A DNA stretch of 64,000 nt from Hormiphora californensis (Eukaryota; Animalia; Ctenophora): positions 3,472,001 to 3,536,000 of the forward strand of contig CM035356.1 of the NCBI GenBank assembly GCA_020137815.1, in the 5' to 3' direction. Under the pieces are notes generated by a model, which was not told the DNA's origin, did not search any database, and was given only the letters and a program-made list of their open reading frames with translations. Numbering within the stretch: position 1 is the stretch's first letter; each line of letters opens with the position of its first letter. A program made the position numbers and the translations under genes. Shown here piece by piece: positions 1-13,289 of this stretch.

Positions 1-383
1 AAATAACTGAATCGTCTGCTTCCCTCACTGGGGTGTCTGCGGGTCACTCTCTTATTCTGAATCGTACAGTTACACCTCACACCCAGCATCTGAATCGTCA
101 AAGCACATACCATCACACACCTATCATCAGTTCATCAAAGTCACACGGAGAAGGCAAGATCTCAGCACTTCCTGTAGCACCAACCAGACTACTAGCGCAC
201 ACCTGTAAACACGCTGCAAGGCACCCAGATTATAATCGCGCCCTTCAAAAGTTCAGAAGCAAATTTCGATTTTCGAAGTGTCCACAGCTCACTGTTCTCT
301 GCTCAATTTTGTACTAGCAGAGCGACTAGCGAGCTCATTTTTTCATGTCTTTTCACTAAGCCATATCTTTCTTCAGCCTCAAA

Positions 384-1286
384 ATGAGTTACATGTCCCG
401 TGTGTCGGATGATCTTCTCGCGAAAGAGGAGGAATATCACCGCCTGAACGCAGAGATTGAGGAAAAGACTCGACAACTTGTGGAGGAGGTAACAAATATA
501 TCGATGGAAGAAGAAGCCACAATGTCCCCTCGTGCATCAGTTGATCTGTCACCGTCCACCTCACTCCTGGACACCGTTACATCTCCAGTTTTCCGAACCG
601 AGTACCCCGATGAACCAGCAGGGGCTGCAGCTGGTGAAGTTGAAGTTCTACCGGTGGAGGCCCAGGATCTCGGTACGTCTGCCACAATCCGATTACTCAA
701 AGCAAAGGTTCGTGTGTTGGAAGAAGAGGTGGAGCGGATGACAATGGAAAACAGTAAACTCACCCAAACAGCCAACAAACAAAAGAAAGATGCTGCCAGT
801 GACAAAGAGGAGAAAACACGGATGCAGAAGACGATTCAGAGTTTACAAGGCCAACTTGAGAAGTTGACAACGGTCGCGGAAGAGAAGAAGAATGAGAGTA
901 AACGGCAGGAGACTGAGCTTGTTACACTCCGCAAAGAGGTAGAATCAATGAACAGAGCTGAGAAAAAGAATGCCCAATCTCAGAAATCAGTTGAAGTTCG
1001 ATTTGATCGAGCGATGGAAGAAGTGGAAAAGTACAAACAGCTCCTGAATGCGGAGCGATCAAGGAATTCGGAGACCGCCCACGTTGATCGGGATGCATAC
1101 AGTGGGGTTATCAATGAAAACAAGATACTGCAGAAACAGAAAATTGAGCTGATCAACGCGTATAAAAAACAAATGAAGCTGATAGATGTGTTGCGGAAAC
1201 AAAAGTTGCATTTGGAAGCCTCGAGAATGCTGAACTTTACCCAGGAGGAATTTGTTAAGGTTCTTGACTGGAAAAACAGTGCTTAG
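384..1286 (+). CDS. TEX9: Testis-expressed protein 9 homolog (coiled-coil), single coding exon
   Basis: 300-aa ORF. N-terminal LLAKEEEYHRLNAEIEEKT and C-terminal KQMKLIDVLRKQKLHLEASRMLNFTQEEFVKVLDW match the conserved TEX9 blocks I recognise; coiled-coil middle. Confidence 0.9.
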   Translation: MSYMSRVSDDLLAKEEEYHRLNAEIEEKTRQLVEEVTNISMEEEATMSPRASVDLSPSTSLLDTVTSPVFRTEYPDEPAGAAAGEVEVLPVEAQDLGTSATIRLLKAKVRVLEEEVERMTMENSKLTQTANKQKKDAASDKEEKTRMQKTIQSLQGQLEKLTTVAEEKKNESKRQETELVTLRKEVESMNRAEKKNAQSQKSVEVRFDRAMEEVEKYKQLLNAERSRNSETAHVDRDAYSGVINENKILQKQKIELINAYKKQMKLIDVLRKQKLHLEASRMLNFTQEEFVKVLDWKNSA

Positions 1287-1764
1287 GAGGTATGTTCATG
1301 GTAAAGGTATTCAGAATGTAGACAATATCAGATAAGCGGTGCTGGAAGCCAGTTTATTGTTCCTATATTTAAATACTGGACATTCGACTGATGCAATATA
1401 TACCAGGAAACTCCATTAGTATACTCTAGTATTACATATCACACACACAGTCTAGCTACTACAGACCACAGTTTATTTATTTATGTAAAATAATGTATAG
1501 TATTTTATTTATTTTCAATGATTTCTAATCGTGTACGTGTTTGTTCCCTCCAGCTCCCCTGTGTGTTACCCTATACCTTGAATACTAATTACCAAATGTC
1601 ATTATGAAGATTTGCTACATAGAGCTCCACTCCCCCTTTTATTCCTTGCATAATAATCTCCGAATTCCAAACGTGTTTATTGCGAGTCGTTCGACTTTCC
1701 TTGTCCTTTTCATTTTCTTGTAATAACAAAAGTACGGCTCTTCTCGATCTTAGTGACATGACGA

Positions 1765-4700
1765 ATGGATTTAGAAATAATTAAGATAGAGTTCGGACGT
1801 TACAGTCCACGACGATCCCGCCACTGTTACTCCCTAAAATTTAAGGTGAGGTCTTAGTGAAATATATAATCTGACATTGGTGACATTACATGTGAAGAAT
1901 TAGCTGTACTTTTTTCATGCAGATACTTTGTTCAATTGTTCACCCACAGTGAGAAGTTTAGTTTTCTCCTTCCGGCTGGAATAAAAATCCTTATTCTCTG
2001 TTCACCCACAGTTTTACCAGGGCAAATCAAACCGGACAGCTAAATCGAAAAAGGTAGAAGTTTGGAAAACTGCTCGAGATTTTGTCAACTTTCGATTGGA
2101 GTTGTTAGAAGAAGAGCATTTCAGATCATTGGAAATTGACCTCCCACCCTTTTTAGAGACATCTTTCTGGCAATGTAAGTGAAACTGAAATAACATTTGC
2201 ATTACAAGTCGTGTTGATGCATTATCGACAGATATAGTAGAGTGCGATTGGGTGTGGCGTGTGCCTAAAAACTATAAAATGTATTTCAGCGGAAACCACC
2301 TCGAGAGTGATAAAGTTTCGTTGTGCGGAATTTACAAGTTTCCTAACACTTATCAACAGTAATCCTTGCCTTTTTGATCTGAGATCCGTTAAATTCTTTT
2401 GTCAGGTATATTTTGCAATTTAGTTAGTTTCGCTCACTTCTACTGACCAATATCATAGAGAATTGAATAAGTTCGTTTACATTCTAAATTCATATATTTT
2501 CCTAAATGGTTTTCTATTTTTGGATTTTACAAGTCATTCTTCAATTATTCATCTCCTTCATTCCCCATCTCAAAAACCATATTATCCCCTCTCCCCCTTT
2601 CCAGTCGATAATATCTGGTAGCCCAACGAGAACCAGTCCACCCTCCATCAGCAGTTCCTTCGGTTGTTGTGCCTCCGCGGCAGTAATAACTCCCCGCCGA
2701 GTTCCTGGTGCCGGAGTTGAGGATTCCTTTGTGGATATCCACTCGACGGATATCCTCCCACATCTTAGAGAGTGGTTTATAGTTAAGGATCAGTTGCAGT
2801 TCGCAGGAGGGAGATACACTACCACTACACCAGCAACCGCAGCAAGGGGTCAGCAGGTATGCTGCATGTAGTGTGTTTTATAGCTCACACCACCGCTCAC
2901 ACACCGCTCACACCCCCTCACACCGCTCACACCCCCTCACACCGCTCTCTGAGGGTTCCGTAGATCAAGCTGCATGGGGGGGGTTATCATGGTGACAAAT
3001 GGTGACAAATGGTGACAAATGGTGACTCATCTGACCATTTAGGGTATGTCACCATCACCATTTGTCACCATTTGTCACCATTTATCTCCATTTGTCACCA
3101 TTTGTCTCCATTTTTTGACGAAATATGCGGATTTCGGCAGAATTTCTTTAAAATTTTTAAAGAAATTTGATAATTTTTAAAAATTTCTTTAGACCGACAT
3201 ATCTGTTCATAAGTTGTTAACATGGCCATTCCGGATCGGCTAGTAGTGTTTTGGATCGCTAAAACTTCCCGAAAGTCACGTTGAGGGTGTACCTCCTTCG
3301 CACAACACATAAAAGCGCAATTAACCACCTGTGACCGCTTAATTACATCCAATCGACTTGAAACTTGGTAGAAGTGTCCCCCCAGTGTCCCATAACATCA
3401 TATTATGTCCCATAACATCATATTATGCCTGTAGGAAGCTCCAGAGAGAATGGTGACAAATGGTGACTCATCTCAAAATTTCGGTCATGTCACCATCACC
3501 ATTTGTCACCATATGTCACCATTTGTCACCATTTGTCACCATGATTACCCCCCCGCTGCATGTACAAATCACATGTGTACAATCCGGTGCAATGTACATT
3601 GTACATTGTTCACATGATCTGTGAACAGAAATATTGCTTATAGCTTTCATAAGCAATATTTCTGCGACTTCCCTTTTCATTTTATTCTGCGGTAAAACAA
3701 TATCTTTGCATGTATTTGATTATTTACAAAAACATGTCTGAGTGTATTTTAGACTCATATATTTCTCAGGGTTCTCAAATTTCTAAATTACCTCAGCTCC
3801 TTTACATTCACATGGTATTATACCTCTAATAATCCCGTGATTGTTTCAGAGGGCAAGTTTGACAGTTTTATCGGACGAAGACCTAGCGTGGTTACTACAA
3901 CAACGAGACCCACCACATCAACAATTCCCAATTCTCGCATGACGGACCTTCTTACCCGGGAGGAAAGGGAGGAACTGGGACAGGAGCGGAAACAAGAGAG
4001 GGAACCAAAGGGAGAGGAGGACAATAATCAAACCGAGGGAGATAATATGAATTGTGATTTGAAGGACACTAATGGCACTAATGAGAGGGCCATTGTACAG
4101 AATTTGAAAAACTCAGAGGAGGAGGAGGTGGAAGAGTCACTTAAAAGCAGGAATGTAACACCCAAAGAGACACCTAAAAGTAGAAATGTGACGCCCGATT
4201 GTGAGTCAGAGGATGTTATGACGCTTAGCAGTGAAAATGCAACCATGAGAGAGGCTGTGCAGGTTGTAGATCATGAGGAATTAAACCAGGATAAGGAGGT
4301 TGAAACCAGTGATACTTTTCATAAACCTAGGTTAGTGCAGGTTTAATTTTTAAACAACGAATATCATTTTAGTATATCCCTTTCATAGTAAATTACCAAA
4401 TTATTTATAATTTAACATTTGTTAAACTATCCCAATTTATCTCACAGGATTGACGACCACGATAACCTGGTGCCCTGTCATTTAGCTGTCCCTGGTAGTA
4501 GTCCCGGTGGTGGGGAGATGTACTGCAGTAAGGCCCTATCTGATGCCAGTAGTATTTGCAGTGAGATGGAGGAGATATCGCTAACGGACCAGGCTGCAAC
4601 TGATGACCCCTTTGCTGCTGCACACATCGACATGCCGCCCATACCACCCCCGGTGTCCTCACGTAGGGACCAGAAGCAGCTCGCCAGCAGGGGGTCTACT

Positions 4701-6985
4701 GCAGTGGGGAATGGATCAGCCGCTAACGGGGCGGCACCTCCTCGTGCTGGTGGTGTGGATAGTGGAGCTAGGAGGGAGGAGAGTGTGAGGAGACAGCAAC
4801 AGCTGCTGATGAGCATCCCCAAGAGCTACTGTGATACTTCACTCGCTAGTGAGGTTTGTAAATTTTGTATGTTCTCATTCTCCTTTACCGGGCGGGGCAC
4901 GGGAAACAGGGTCGAGCAGGGCAGGCTGTTAAATGGCCTAAACAAATTTCTTAAGATACGTGATATTTTGTGTTTCCTTCTTTTGCGAAAGTCGACTCCA
5001 AATAATAAGTTAAAAGTTTTATTTAGCTGCATTTCCTGGAATTATGAAAGTTTCAATTTTTAGCTTCTTTGTTGTGAGATTTTTCCGGGAATTAGTAGAC
5101 GGAATTCTTGATGATCTTATTCATCGTATTGCGTTTTCAATTCCTTAAAACAACATTGCTATTATAGTGAGTCGTGGTCGGGGAATATTCCAGGATATTC
5201 CTTGGGTCACTCCCAACATATTTCTGTCTCCCTTCTTCTTTGAGACGATTGGGTCACAGATGACCCAGTACTTTGAAACCATTTAGCATATTGTTAGACC
5301 ATGTTTTAAATCGTTTCCAGGGTTGAAACATAAATTTTTTAACCACTTGAGATTGTCTTCAGACTCTGAAGTCGTCGACTTCTGAAAATAGAGCTAAAAC
5401 AGTGCATTCGGTATGCAGAATTGGTAGTTTCATGATCATTTATTTCAAAATTGGTACGATTATTGGACTTGGAAAACGCAAAAACAAAAAATGTGAGTGC
5501 TTTCCCCCAGGCGGGGTAAAGTTTCAAGGTGATATAATTAAAAAGTTTGGGCCACTCAGAGACCTCCAAAGTGCCGAGTCACCTGTGACCCAATTGTCAC
5601 CTAACGCTGAAACAGGAATTTGGATTTTACGAGAAATTCTAAAGGAATGGCCGCCCATAAAAGTCTGAAACGGCATTTTTAAACGAATGCTAGCGACTAA
5701 TCAACTCCCTTATTGTCATCTCAACATCTTAGGGAGTCGATGAAATTTTTTTAGATTCGTATTTCGTGCTCCTTCAGAAAAATTTTCATCTCGGCCAGTT
5801 TTGAAATTCTAAAATCTGCGAAAGATGAGATTGAGTGGCCCATTGGGTGTGCAAATTGAAAGTAAATACTAAATTTCTCCAGAAAGTTTTAGAGAATTTT
5901 GTCGACAGGGGCTTATTTTCTTAAGATACGTGATGTTTTGTGTTTCTCCTTCACGAAAGTCGACTCCAAATAATAAATTTTATTTAGCCGCATTTCCTGG
6001 AATTGTGAAAGTTTCAATTTTTAGCTTCTTTGTTGTGAGATTTTTCCGGGAATTAGTAGACGGAATTCTTGATGATCTTATTCATCGTATTGCGTTTTCA
6101 ATTCCTTAAAACAACATTGCTATTATAGTGAGTCGTGATCGGGGAATATTCATTATTCCAGAAGGTTCCATGGCCGTCACTCCCAATATATTTCTTTCTC
6201 CCTTCTAATATAACATTTCTCCCTTCTAACCTTCTAACTCCCGCCATATCACCCTCTCACAAATCCAATGATCTTCTCTCATCTTCAGTTGGACTTCCAG
6301 TCACGCATACAGAAACCCAGGGGCCCAGGGTCTCTGAATGCGTGACTGGCCTGGGCCTTCCTTCCATCTCTAGCTATATATATATATCCTCTCTATCCCT
6401 ATTCCCTCTCTAGCTATTCTCTAACTATAGCTAACCATCAAATGAGTCACGCACTGTTCTCAAACTTGCAAAGTAACATTACCATCCAAATTGGAAATTC
6501 TCAGATCCTTTCTAATACCCACCACTTCCTTAGGTTGGTTGTTTCGGGTTCCGAACGGAGGACTACTACTCTAATTGTGCCCAGATTGTTACTGAGGCTA
6601 AACAGCGAGAACGGGCTAAAGATTACAAGTGAGTGGGTCATTAGCATATATAATGAGTGATGAGTAATGAGTTAGTAGTTAGTAACTAACAAATCATTAA
6701 TTCAGACAATCAGTAGCATGAATCTTAGTGGGGATAAATCAGAGATAAATTTTAGTTTTCTAACTCATCTGTTTCCAAAACTGTAATATAAAGCATTATA
6801 AGTTTAATCCACAAAATATATTATGTATACATACATAATAGGTTACCTGAGCTGCGTACTCCATTTTTGCACCAAAGGCGTACTGCGTATTCCATTTTTG
6901 CACCAAATGCGTACTGCTTGCGTCCATGAAACAAGACCTCTAATTTTATCTTTTACGCATGTGGGTCTAGATTTATCTTTCTTTT

Positions 6986-7053
<68 letters not shown>

Positions 7054-10000
7054 ACATCTAAACTTTATGAACCCTCAATTGTCGACATTCGCAACGTACA
7101 ACACGAGAAATATTTCATTTTCTCCATCCCCTCCACCCTCCGGCCCTTGGCCTTCCCAAACAGAACTATAATCTCCCCCTCTCTTACCCTTGATATATAT
7201 TCCACTCTCTCTCCCCAGGGGTGCAATTGATCTGCTGAGAACCGCGGTTGAGATCCTGATCTCAGGGGTACAGCATGACCCAGACCCGATCCGCCGGGAG
7301 GGAGTCAGGAGGAGGACTGCAGAGTACCTCCAACTTGCGGAGAGTCTAGCTGCACAACATAAGAGTACCCAGAGGAGCGCTAAACCGGTTACCATGACAC
7401 TGGAACAGATGCACTCAATGAGGGTTACTGGTGTCAAGGGGAGTGTCATGATAGTGGAGAGTCCTAAGAGGTATGTGTAAAAATATTCCTCGGGGGAAAT
7501 CATGTTGTGACTTGATATATGCCAAACCCTCATAAATTCAGTGTGAGCCTGAAAGAAATTGATGTCTATAGGTCATCACGTCATGACTAATCAGTAATCT
7601 CTGTAGTTTCAGTTCCTCCAATAATATCCAGCGAGTCTAACTTGTCCAATAAACACAAGAACTATTCTCGATTATAATGAGACTCAAGAATAGTCAAGCG
7701 ATACATTATTTTGTATAACCTCAATCTGTAGTTTCATATTATCATTCTCCCTTCCCCTCAGTGGAAATGTACATGTGTTGAAGACACTACGGAAACCATT
7801 ACACTGTGGTGTTAGCGGACAGTCCTTAGTGGTTCGGGCACCTTACTTGGTGCCCTTGGTTCGGTACTGTCTCAGTGAACACTCTGTATACCTACTACTG
7901 AAAAGGGTGAGTTAATTAGTGAACACTCTGTATACCTCCTACTGAAAAGGGTGAGTTTAATGCATGATCAGTGAACACTCTGTATACCAGATATACCTAC
8001 TACACCTACTAGTAGTGCTACTGAAAGGGTGAGTGCATGTTAGTCTTCCTCTAAGAAAAAGAAGCATGTTAATTGTTAGGTGATCGCCCGCTATGTATAA
8101 CCTCACACGAAGGGTAGTAATCAAATGTATGCTACTGCTTCCCTTCCCTATACATCTTTCAAATTTGAAGATCTAAGACCTAGAGAACATTGTGATTCCC
8201 GAGAGTTCAGTACTTTGTGTAATAGGGGGTGGTAAAGTTAATTAATTACACGTGTACTTAGTAGATGTAAGATTGCCCCTCGATGGGAGATTTTTCCATC
8301 TTGTTGTATTATAACACACACTAACAACTCACCCCCCCCCTGTATTGCTACTAGAATTGTACTATTCTGCAACAACTCACCCCCCCCCCTCACTTAGATT
8401 CACGGCTCAGAACTGCCGGTATATGTAGACCGGTTCCAGAATACCACACCCCTACCAGTCAACCTGAAACGCAGCAACTCCGCCTCTAATGGAAGTGTAG
8501 TTGATGAGGGGTGTCTTGACTGTGAGAAGGATGGGGAACAGAACGGAGAGACAGGTATAAAGAAGGGGAATTATAGAGGCTGATATAACAGTGGTTGAGA
8601 AGAGTTGTTGAATAGTAGGGGCTGGTGTTAATTTGTACAGTCATGTACTAATTAGCAGAGTTTGTGTTGCTAATTTTAACATTTACCTACTATACTGTGG
8701 GCCGTAGGATGTATAACAGTGTATATTGTAAACCGGATATCCTTGGAGTAGGGAACTGGAGGTTCTAATCAGATCATGCACCGTCTTCATATCTTACAAA
8801 ACCCCAGTTCTAAGACTCTTTTGTCAGTAATACTCCCTTTCTAAATCGCATCCTCTCTCCCCAGGAAGTAAGATCCCTCTGCACCTAATAAGGAAGTGGG
8901 CAGCACAGCTAATAGTCTGTCTCTCAACCCTTCACCGGCAAGGTCTTGTCTACGCAGATCTGCACCCCCGGAATATTCTGATCGATGACTTTTCTAACCT
9001 CAACCTGACCTACATTACACAGGTATTATATTTGCCTTGTTCGCGCCTCGGGTTTGAACAAAATAGTTAGTATATTATATTCATCTCGATAGATTGGAAA
9101 ATATCTGGTCACGTATTATAGGGATCACGCCTGCCTAACATGTTAGAACATAACAGGGATCATGCCTGACTTTGTGTGCCGGTCCCCCGGGGAAGGGATG
9201 AATTCGTGATAGGTAGTTGCCACATGATATGCTGCATAAATATGAAACAGCTATCTAGAATATGAAAACCTGATTTTCTTATATGCAGCGTCCTGTTTTT
9301 CATATTCTGGGATGAGAATATATGGGATTTGTAGAGGCAGTTAGAACATCAAAGTCACGACCTTTTGGGGCTAGTAAAAATAATAACCCCCTAGAGATAA
9401 ATAAATCACGCCACTTTCTCTGGCCTGGCACTTCCCTTTTTTGGTTTCAAATTCCGGTATAACCAGTTTAGAAACCATGATATCATGGTAGACAGTGGCA
9501 CTAAAAACACGTACAATTGTTATTTGACACTCAACCCGTGTATAGGTATTGTCTAAGAACAAACACATTACCAATACCCAAGTTACAATCACACCAATAT
9601 TGTATTTGGCCGGAAGTTGATTTAGGTACAATATCAAACAAGGGTAGTCCTCCATAAACAAGGCTCGTAACTTCCGGTAAGGGTACTACCAGTCACGGGT
9701 CACATACGATATCAATCAGTTTCGGTTACTTTTGACCATGTTTCCCAAAAACACTCAAAACAAGCGAGATAACCAGGAGTTGCCTTGCTCGACCCTGTTT
9801 CCCCGCGACCCGCACGTTTACAAATGTTAAATGAGGGTTAGAACATTCAACATAACAAACCATGAGAATTTGTGCTAATATTTCTCTGTGTTTCAGTTGC
9901 CTGGGTTACACCACCGGATCTCAAACATTGCAGTCGATGAACTCTATGTGGCCCCCGAGGTGCTATCAGGTAATTATACATCTCCTTTTTTTTCTCTCAT

Positions 10001-11237
10001 TATGTTTCTATCTCCCTCTTTAATTCCCTCCCCCTCATTATTTCATCTTTCTCAGCTCTCTCCCCTTTCTCCTTTATATTTTAAACAATACTTCCCCCTC
10101 TCCACAGGGTTGAATGCTGTGACACCGGCCGCCGATTGGTGGTCCCTCGGTGCCCTACTTTTCTATCTTTTTACTGGATCCCCCCTCTCCGACTTTCATC
10201 CATATTCATCTATCAAGTATGTTTGGGGCTGTATAATAGCATGTCTGAATGATAATCTAGCACTTGTGTGTGTCTGGTACGATGGCTGAACTGATTGGTG
10301 GTTTGTGCTGGCTGAGAGTTGAACATGACGGAACGCGCGCCCACTTTTTCAATAACAACCTCGCGCGCGCTGCACAACGGTGGGAGACAAAGTCGCCATC
10401 ACGTCGCTGTGACACAATTTGACATGAATTTGTGACGTTTTGATATGCTAGCTGTAACAGCATTGCTTGTGAACTGTGTTAATTATTTTGTCTCGCACGC
10501 TGTATCCTTATTTAGCATTTCTATTCGCTGGATCATGCTAATCTACAGCTGGGTATAGCTATCAGTTAAATTCTCTCTTTGCTTATAAAGGGATTGCTGG
10601 TAAAGCGCTCGACAGGATCAAGATTCTGGAGCTGATTACAAAGTAATTAAAAACTTGTATTACTTTGTATCAGTTAAATTCACATTTTCTGTATTATTGA
10701 ATGTAGCTAGCTGTAAAATCGTGATCATTCGGCATACTTTTACCTACATCATTTCTATTTTGTGTGACTCAACTCTATGTTTTGTGTGTGTGACTCAGCT
10801 TTATGATTCGGCATACTTTTACCTACATCATTTCTATTTTGTGTGACTCAACTCTATGTTTTGTGTGTGTGACTCAGCTTTATGATTCGCACCTGCTGCA
10901 CCAGCTGTTCCTCCTATTTTCTATGTGAATTCTCGATCTCTTCTGAAACGAGGTATAATATTGTGAATGCTGCTCGAATAACTCCTTCTGTATTTCTACA
11001 TGTTTATTATAACTGACGCTGAAATTTAATCACCCATGATACTATTCAACTAACCCAAACTATTTCAGAACAGCAAAACTGCGGATTCCCTCTGACGAGA
11101 GGTCTGGAGGAAGTTCTCTGGTCGCTGGACTACTAAAACACAACCCATCAGAACGTTTGGGAGCGGGTGTGATGGGATCAGAAGAACTCCGGTCACACTA
11201 TTTCTTTTCTACTACCAAATGGGACGACTTGGTGTGA
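1765..11237 (+). CDS. RPS6KC1: Ribosomal protein S6 kinase delta-1 / RPK118-like: PX domain, low-complexity linker, MIT domain, split pseudokinase. Exons approx. 1765-1845, 2012-2174, 2290-2405, 2605-2856, ~3770/3849-4330, 4448-4854, 6534-6628, 7219-7470, 7762-7906, 8398-8554, 8865-9022, 9897-9969, 10108-10217, 11069-11237
   Basis: Spliced translation gives PX (VEVWKTARDF..DLPPF), MIT (AKDYKGAIDLLRTAVEILISGVQHDPDPIRREGVRRRTAEYLQLAE), kinase part 1 (HVLKTLRK..SEHSVYLLL), part 2 (LHRQGLVYADLHPRNIL..LTYI, YVAPEV, ADWWSLGALLF, NPSERLGAGVMGSEELRSHYFF). GT-AG phases agree except the exon 4/5 junction (probable indel error). Confidence 0.9.
2977..3554. mobile_element. Non-autonomous DNA transposon (MITE), G7 termini, 8-bp TSD (Merlin- or hAT-like)
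   Basis: TIR GGGGGGGT(T/A)ATCATGGTGACAAAT... at both ends; GCTGCATG duplicated at 2969-2976 and 3555-3562; subterminal (GGTGACAAAT)n arrays. Confidence 0.85.
4947..6150. repeat. ~240-bp direct repeat pair (4947-5190 and 5917-6150) in an RPS6KC1 intron, enclosing a short-TIR element (5244-5598)
   Basis: Near-identical TTTCTTAAGATACGTGAT...GGGGAATATTC blocks; inner inverted ends GACGATTGGGTCACAGATGAC / GTCACCTGTGACCCAATTGTC. Confidence 0.8.
10727..10889. repeat. Tandem duplication of a ~80-bp unit (2 copies)
   Basis: ATTCGGCATACTTTTACC...GACTCAGCTTTATG repeated head-to-tail. Confidence 0.9.
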
Positions 11238-12780
11238 ACTGTAATCTAATTGTATGCGCGAACAATATATATGTGACTCTGTACGGGTTATCAGTCGACA
11301 CACTTTTTGTAGGGATGTTTGCACTTTGCAGATTGTTGCAGCACGGGGGGTGACCTCACTGATAAAGGTTAAAACATTTGGGAGCTGTTATCAGAAAATA
11401 ATTTTATAATTCGTTGGGCTCATTCAACACTGGGAGACACATGTCACCATGCATTCACGTATTCGTAAAGTGCAGTACAATGTACAACGTCACGATAAGA
11501 AAGGTTGCTATTTCTTAAACTTTATCGGGGTTCATGGTTCACAGTGCAGTACATTGGACACTCCGATATTATCCATGCAAGTACCCCCCCACCCCCTTCG
11601 AGTAATATCGAGCTCTCCCCCATCTCTTCATAATGGTATTTAGGGGTCCTATCCCTGTCTGTTCATAATGGTATTTATTTCTGTCAGCATTAATATCTCA
11701 CTCTCGCTAAACAATTGCATTAGACAAGTTGATCTTGCACCAATCAAAACTATCCATCTCTTTTCATGCGATAAGCCTTTCTGTCCCTCTTTCACATCAT
11801 CCTGTGTTTTTAGCTAATAAATTCACGTTTTTAAGATAGAAATTGTGATGTACTAAAATAGTAGTAGTGGAGTGAATTGTTGAGAGCGAATGTATTACAC
11901 GTCGAAGTATTAACATATTGTGCTGTCTATGATAACCTCTGTTTTTACCTGGTATTATAAGCTGTAGCAAAATATGTTGCGGCACAAAAATATGAGTGTT
12001 TTTCCTTTGAGCTTCATACACATATACAACGACGCAATAAGATGTTGCGATAAGAAATTGGTCTACAGCTCTTTCAATCTCCTTTTTTCTCTCCGTTTCT
12101 CACTCTAACCGCTTTTCCCTCCCTCTCCCTATCTCTCTATCTCTCCCTGGTCTTGTCTAGCTGTGGGAGTTATCGCATGGTTCGCAGTTGGTGGCCGAGA
12201 GGGTTAAATGATGAGAGACGACCCTGCCCTTTGACTCTAGTACTACTACAATTGACAAATAAGCGACAGATATTCGAGTGTTCTGATCTTTTAGTTATCA
12301 TGACGTAAATGAATAATCGATAAAGATATGCCATATTATAGAGTAAGATTATGGGGTTGATCCCCTTCTTCCATGCTTGTAGAGCTAGTATGGGCCTTAT
12401 AAGATTGGTGATATCACTGATGCACGTTTGGTAATGAAATTACCCCTCTGTTATTATTGCTCACGGAGCAATAAAAGGGGTGACTTCGTTACCAAGATGC
12501 ACGTCTATTATATTATAATGTCTTTGGGCTTCATGTCAGGGGCAGGGGAACATGAGGCTCATGTCATCTCCATCAAACGCTGGCAGGCGGCGCCAGACCC
12601 TGTTTTGTTCCTCAATCGTCAGTGAGCTCAGAACGGATCGGTGACCTACTCAAACGTGACCCATAACTGCCCTGCCAGACCAATACCGAGGTTCATAGGG
12701 TCAGGGCGTCAGGCCAATACTCTGACAGGACCGACCTGGTTTGCTGACTGCTGAGTAACAAGACCTGGTAAGGCAGCGGA

Positions 12781-13015
12781 TTACGGGGGCCCGTACCAGT
12801 CGCCCGTACCAGTCGCCCGTACATTTGCTTTGCGCATTACGTTTCACCACACTTTCACCACAACGAAACACATGCGTGTGACACGCATGTACCTTATTTG
12901 TGGTGAAAGTGCGATGAAACGTAATGCGCAAAGCAAATGTACGGGCGACTGGTACGGGCGCGGGCGATCTATACGGGCGATCTATTCCCCCGTAATCCCC
13001 CCCGTAATCCCCCGT
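12781..13015. mobile_element. ~230-bp palindromic MITE (copy 1)
   Basis: CCCGTACCAGTCGCCCGTACATTTGCTTTGCGCATTACGTTTCA and its reverse complement; near-identical second copy at 22049-22272. Confidence 0.85.
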
Positions 13016-13289
13016 GTTATGGTGTTCTTACTGCACCCATTTCCTCAGCTTTGCAGCTTCTATTGCTCTTCATCAGAGGTTTTATCAAGGAATATATATG
13101 TAAAGTAATGAGGCATCACACAGAGCAAGGAAAATGAAATTGCCCCTTTTATAACTTGGACATCACTCACAGTTCTCAGTTTTGCATACATATTACCAAC
13201 AGAATACAGATAGATAGTTGTTGAGTTTTTTTGGTAGACTGCCACGCCCATGATACTTGATAAATGATAGACCACTTTAGTGCACTTAA

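Noticed and set aside
7-97. CTGAATCGT recurring three times with unique spacers (CRISPR-like)
   Set aside because: Only 9 bp, irregular spacing, eukaryotic context, no cas genes.
8930-9022. Loss of HRD/DFG in the kinase as a novelty
   Set aside because: Degenerate catalytic motifs (TYF-type replacement of DFG) are a known feature of the RPS6KC1/RPS6KL1 family.
12176-12212. GTGGCCGAGAGGGTTAA resembling a tRNA A-box
   Set aside because: No B-box or cloverleaf; could equally be a GGG-TTAA transposon end.
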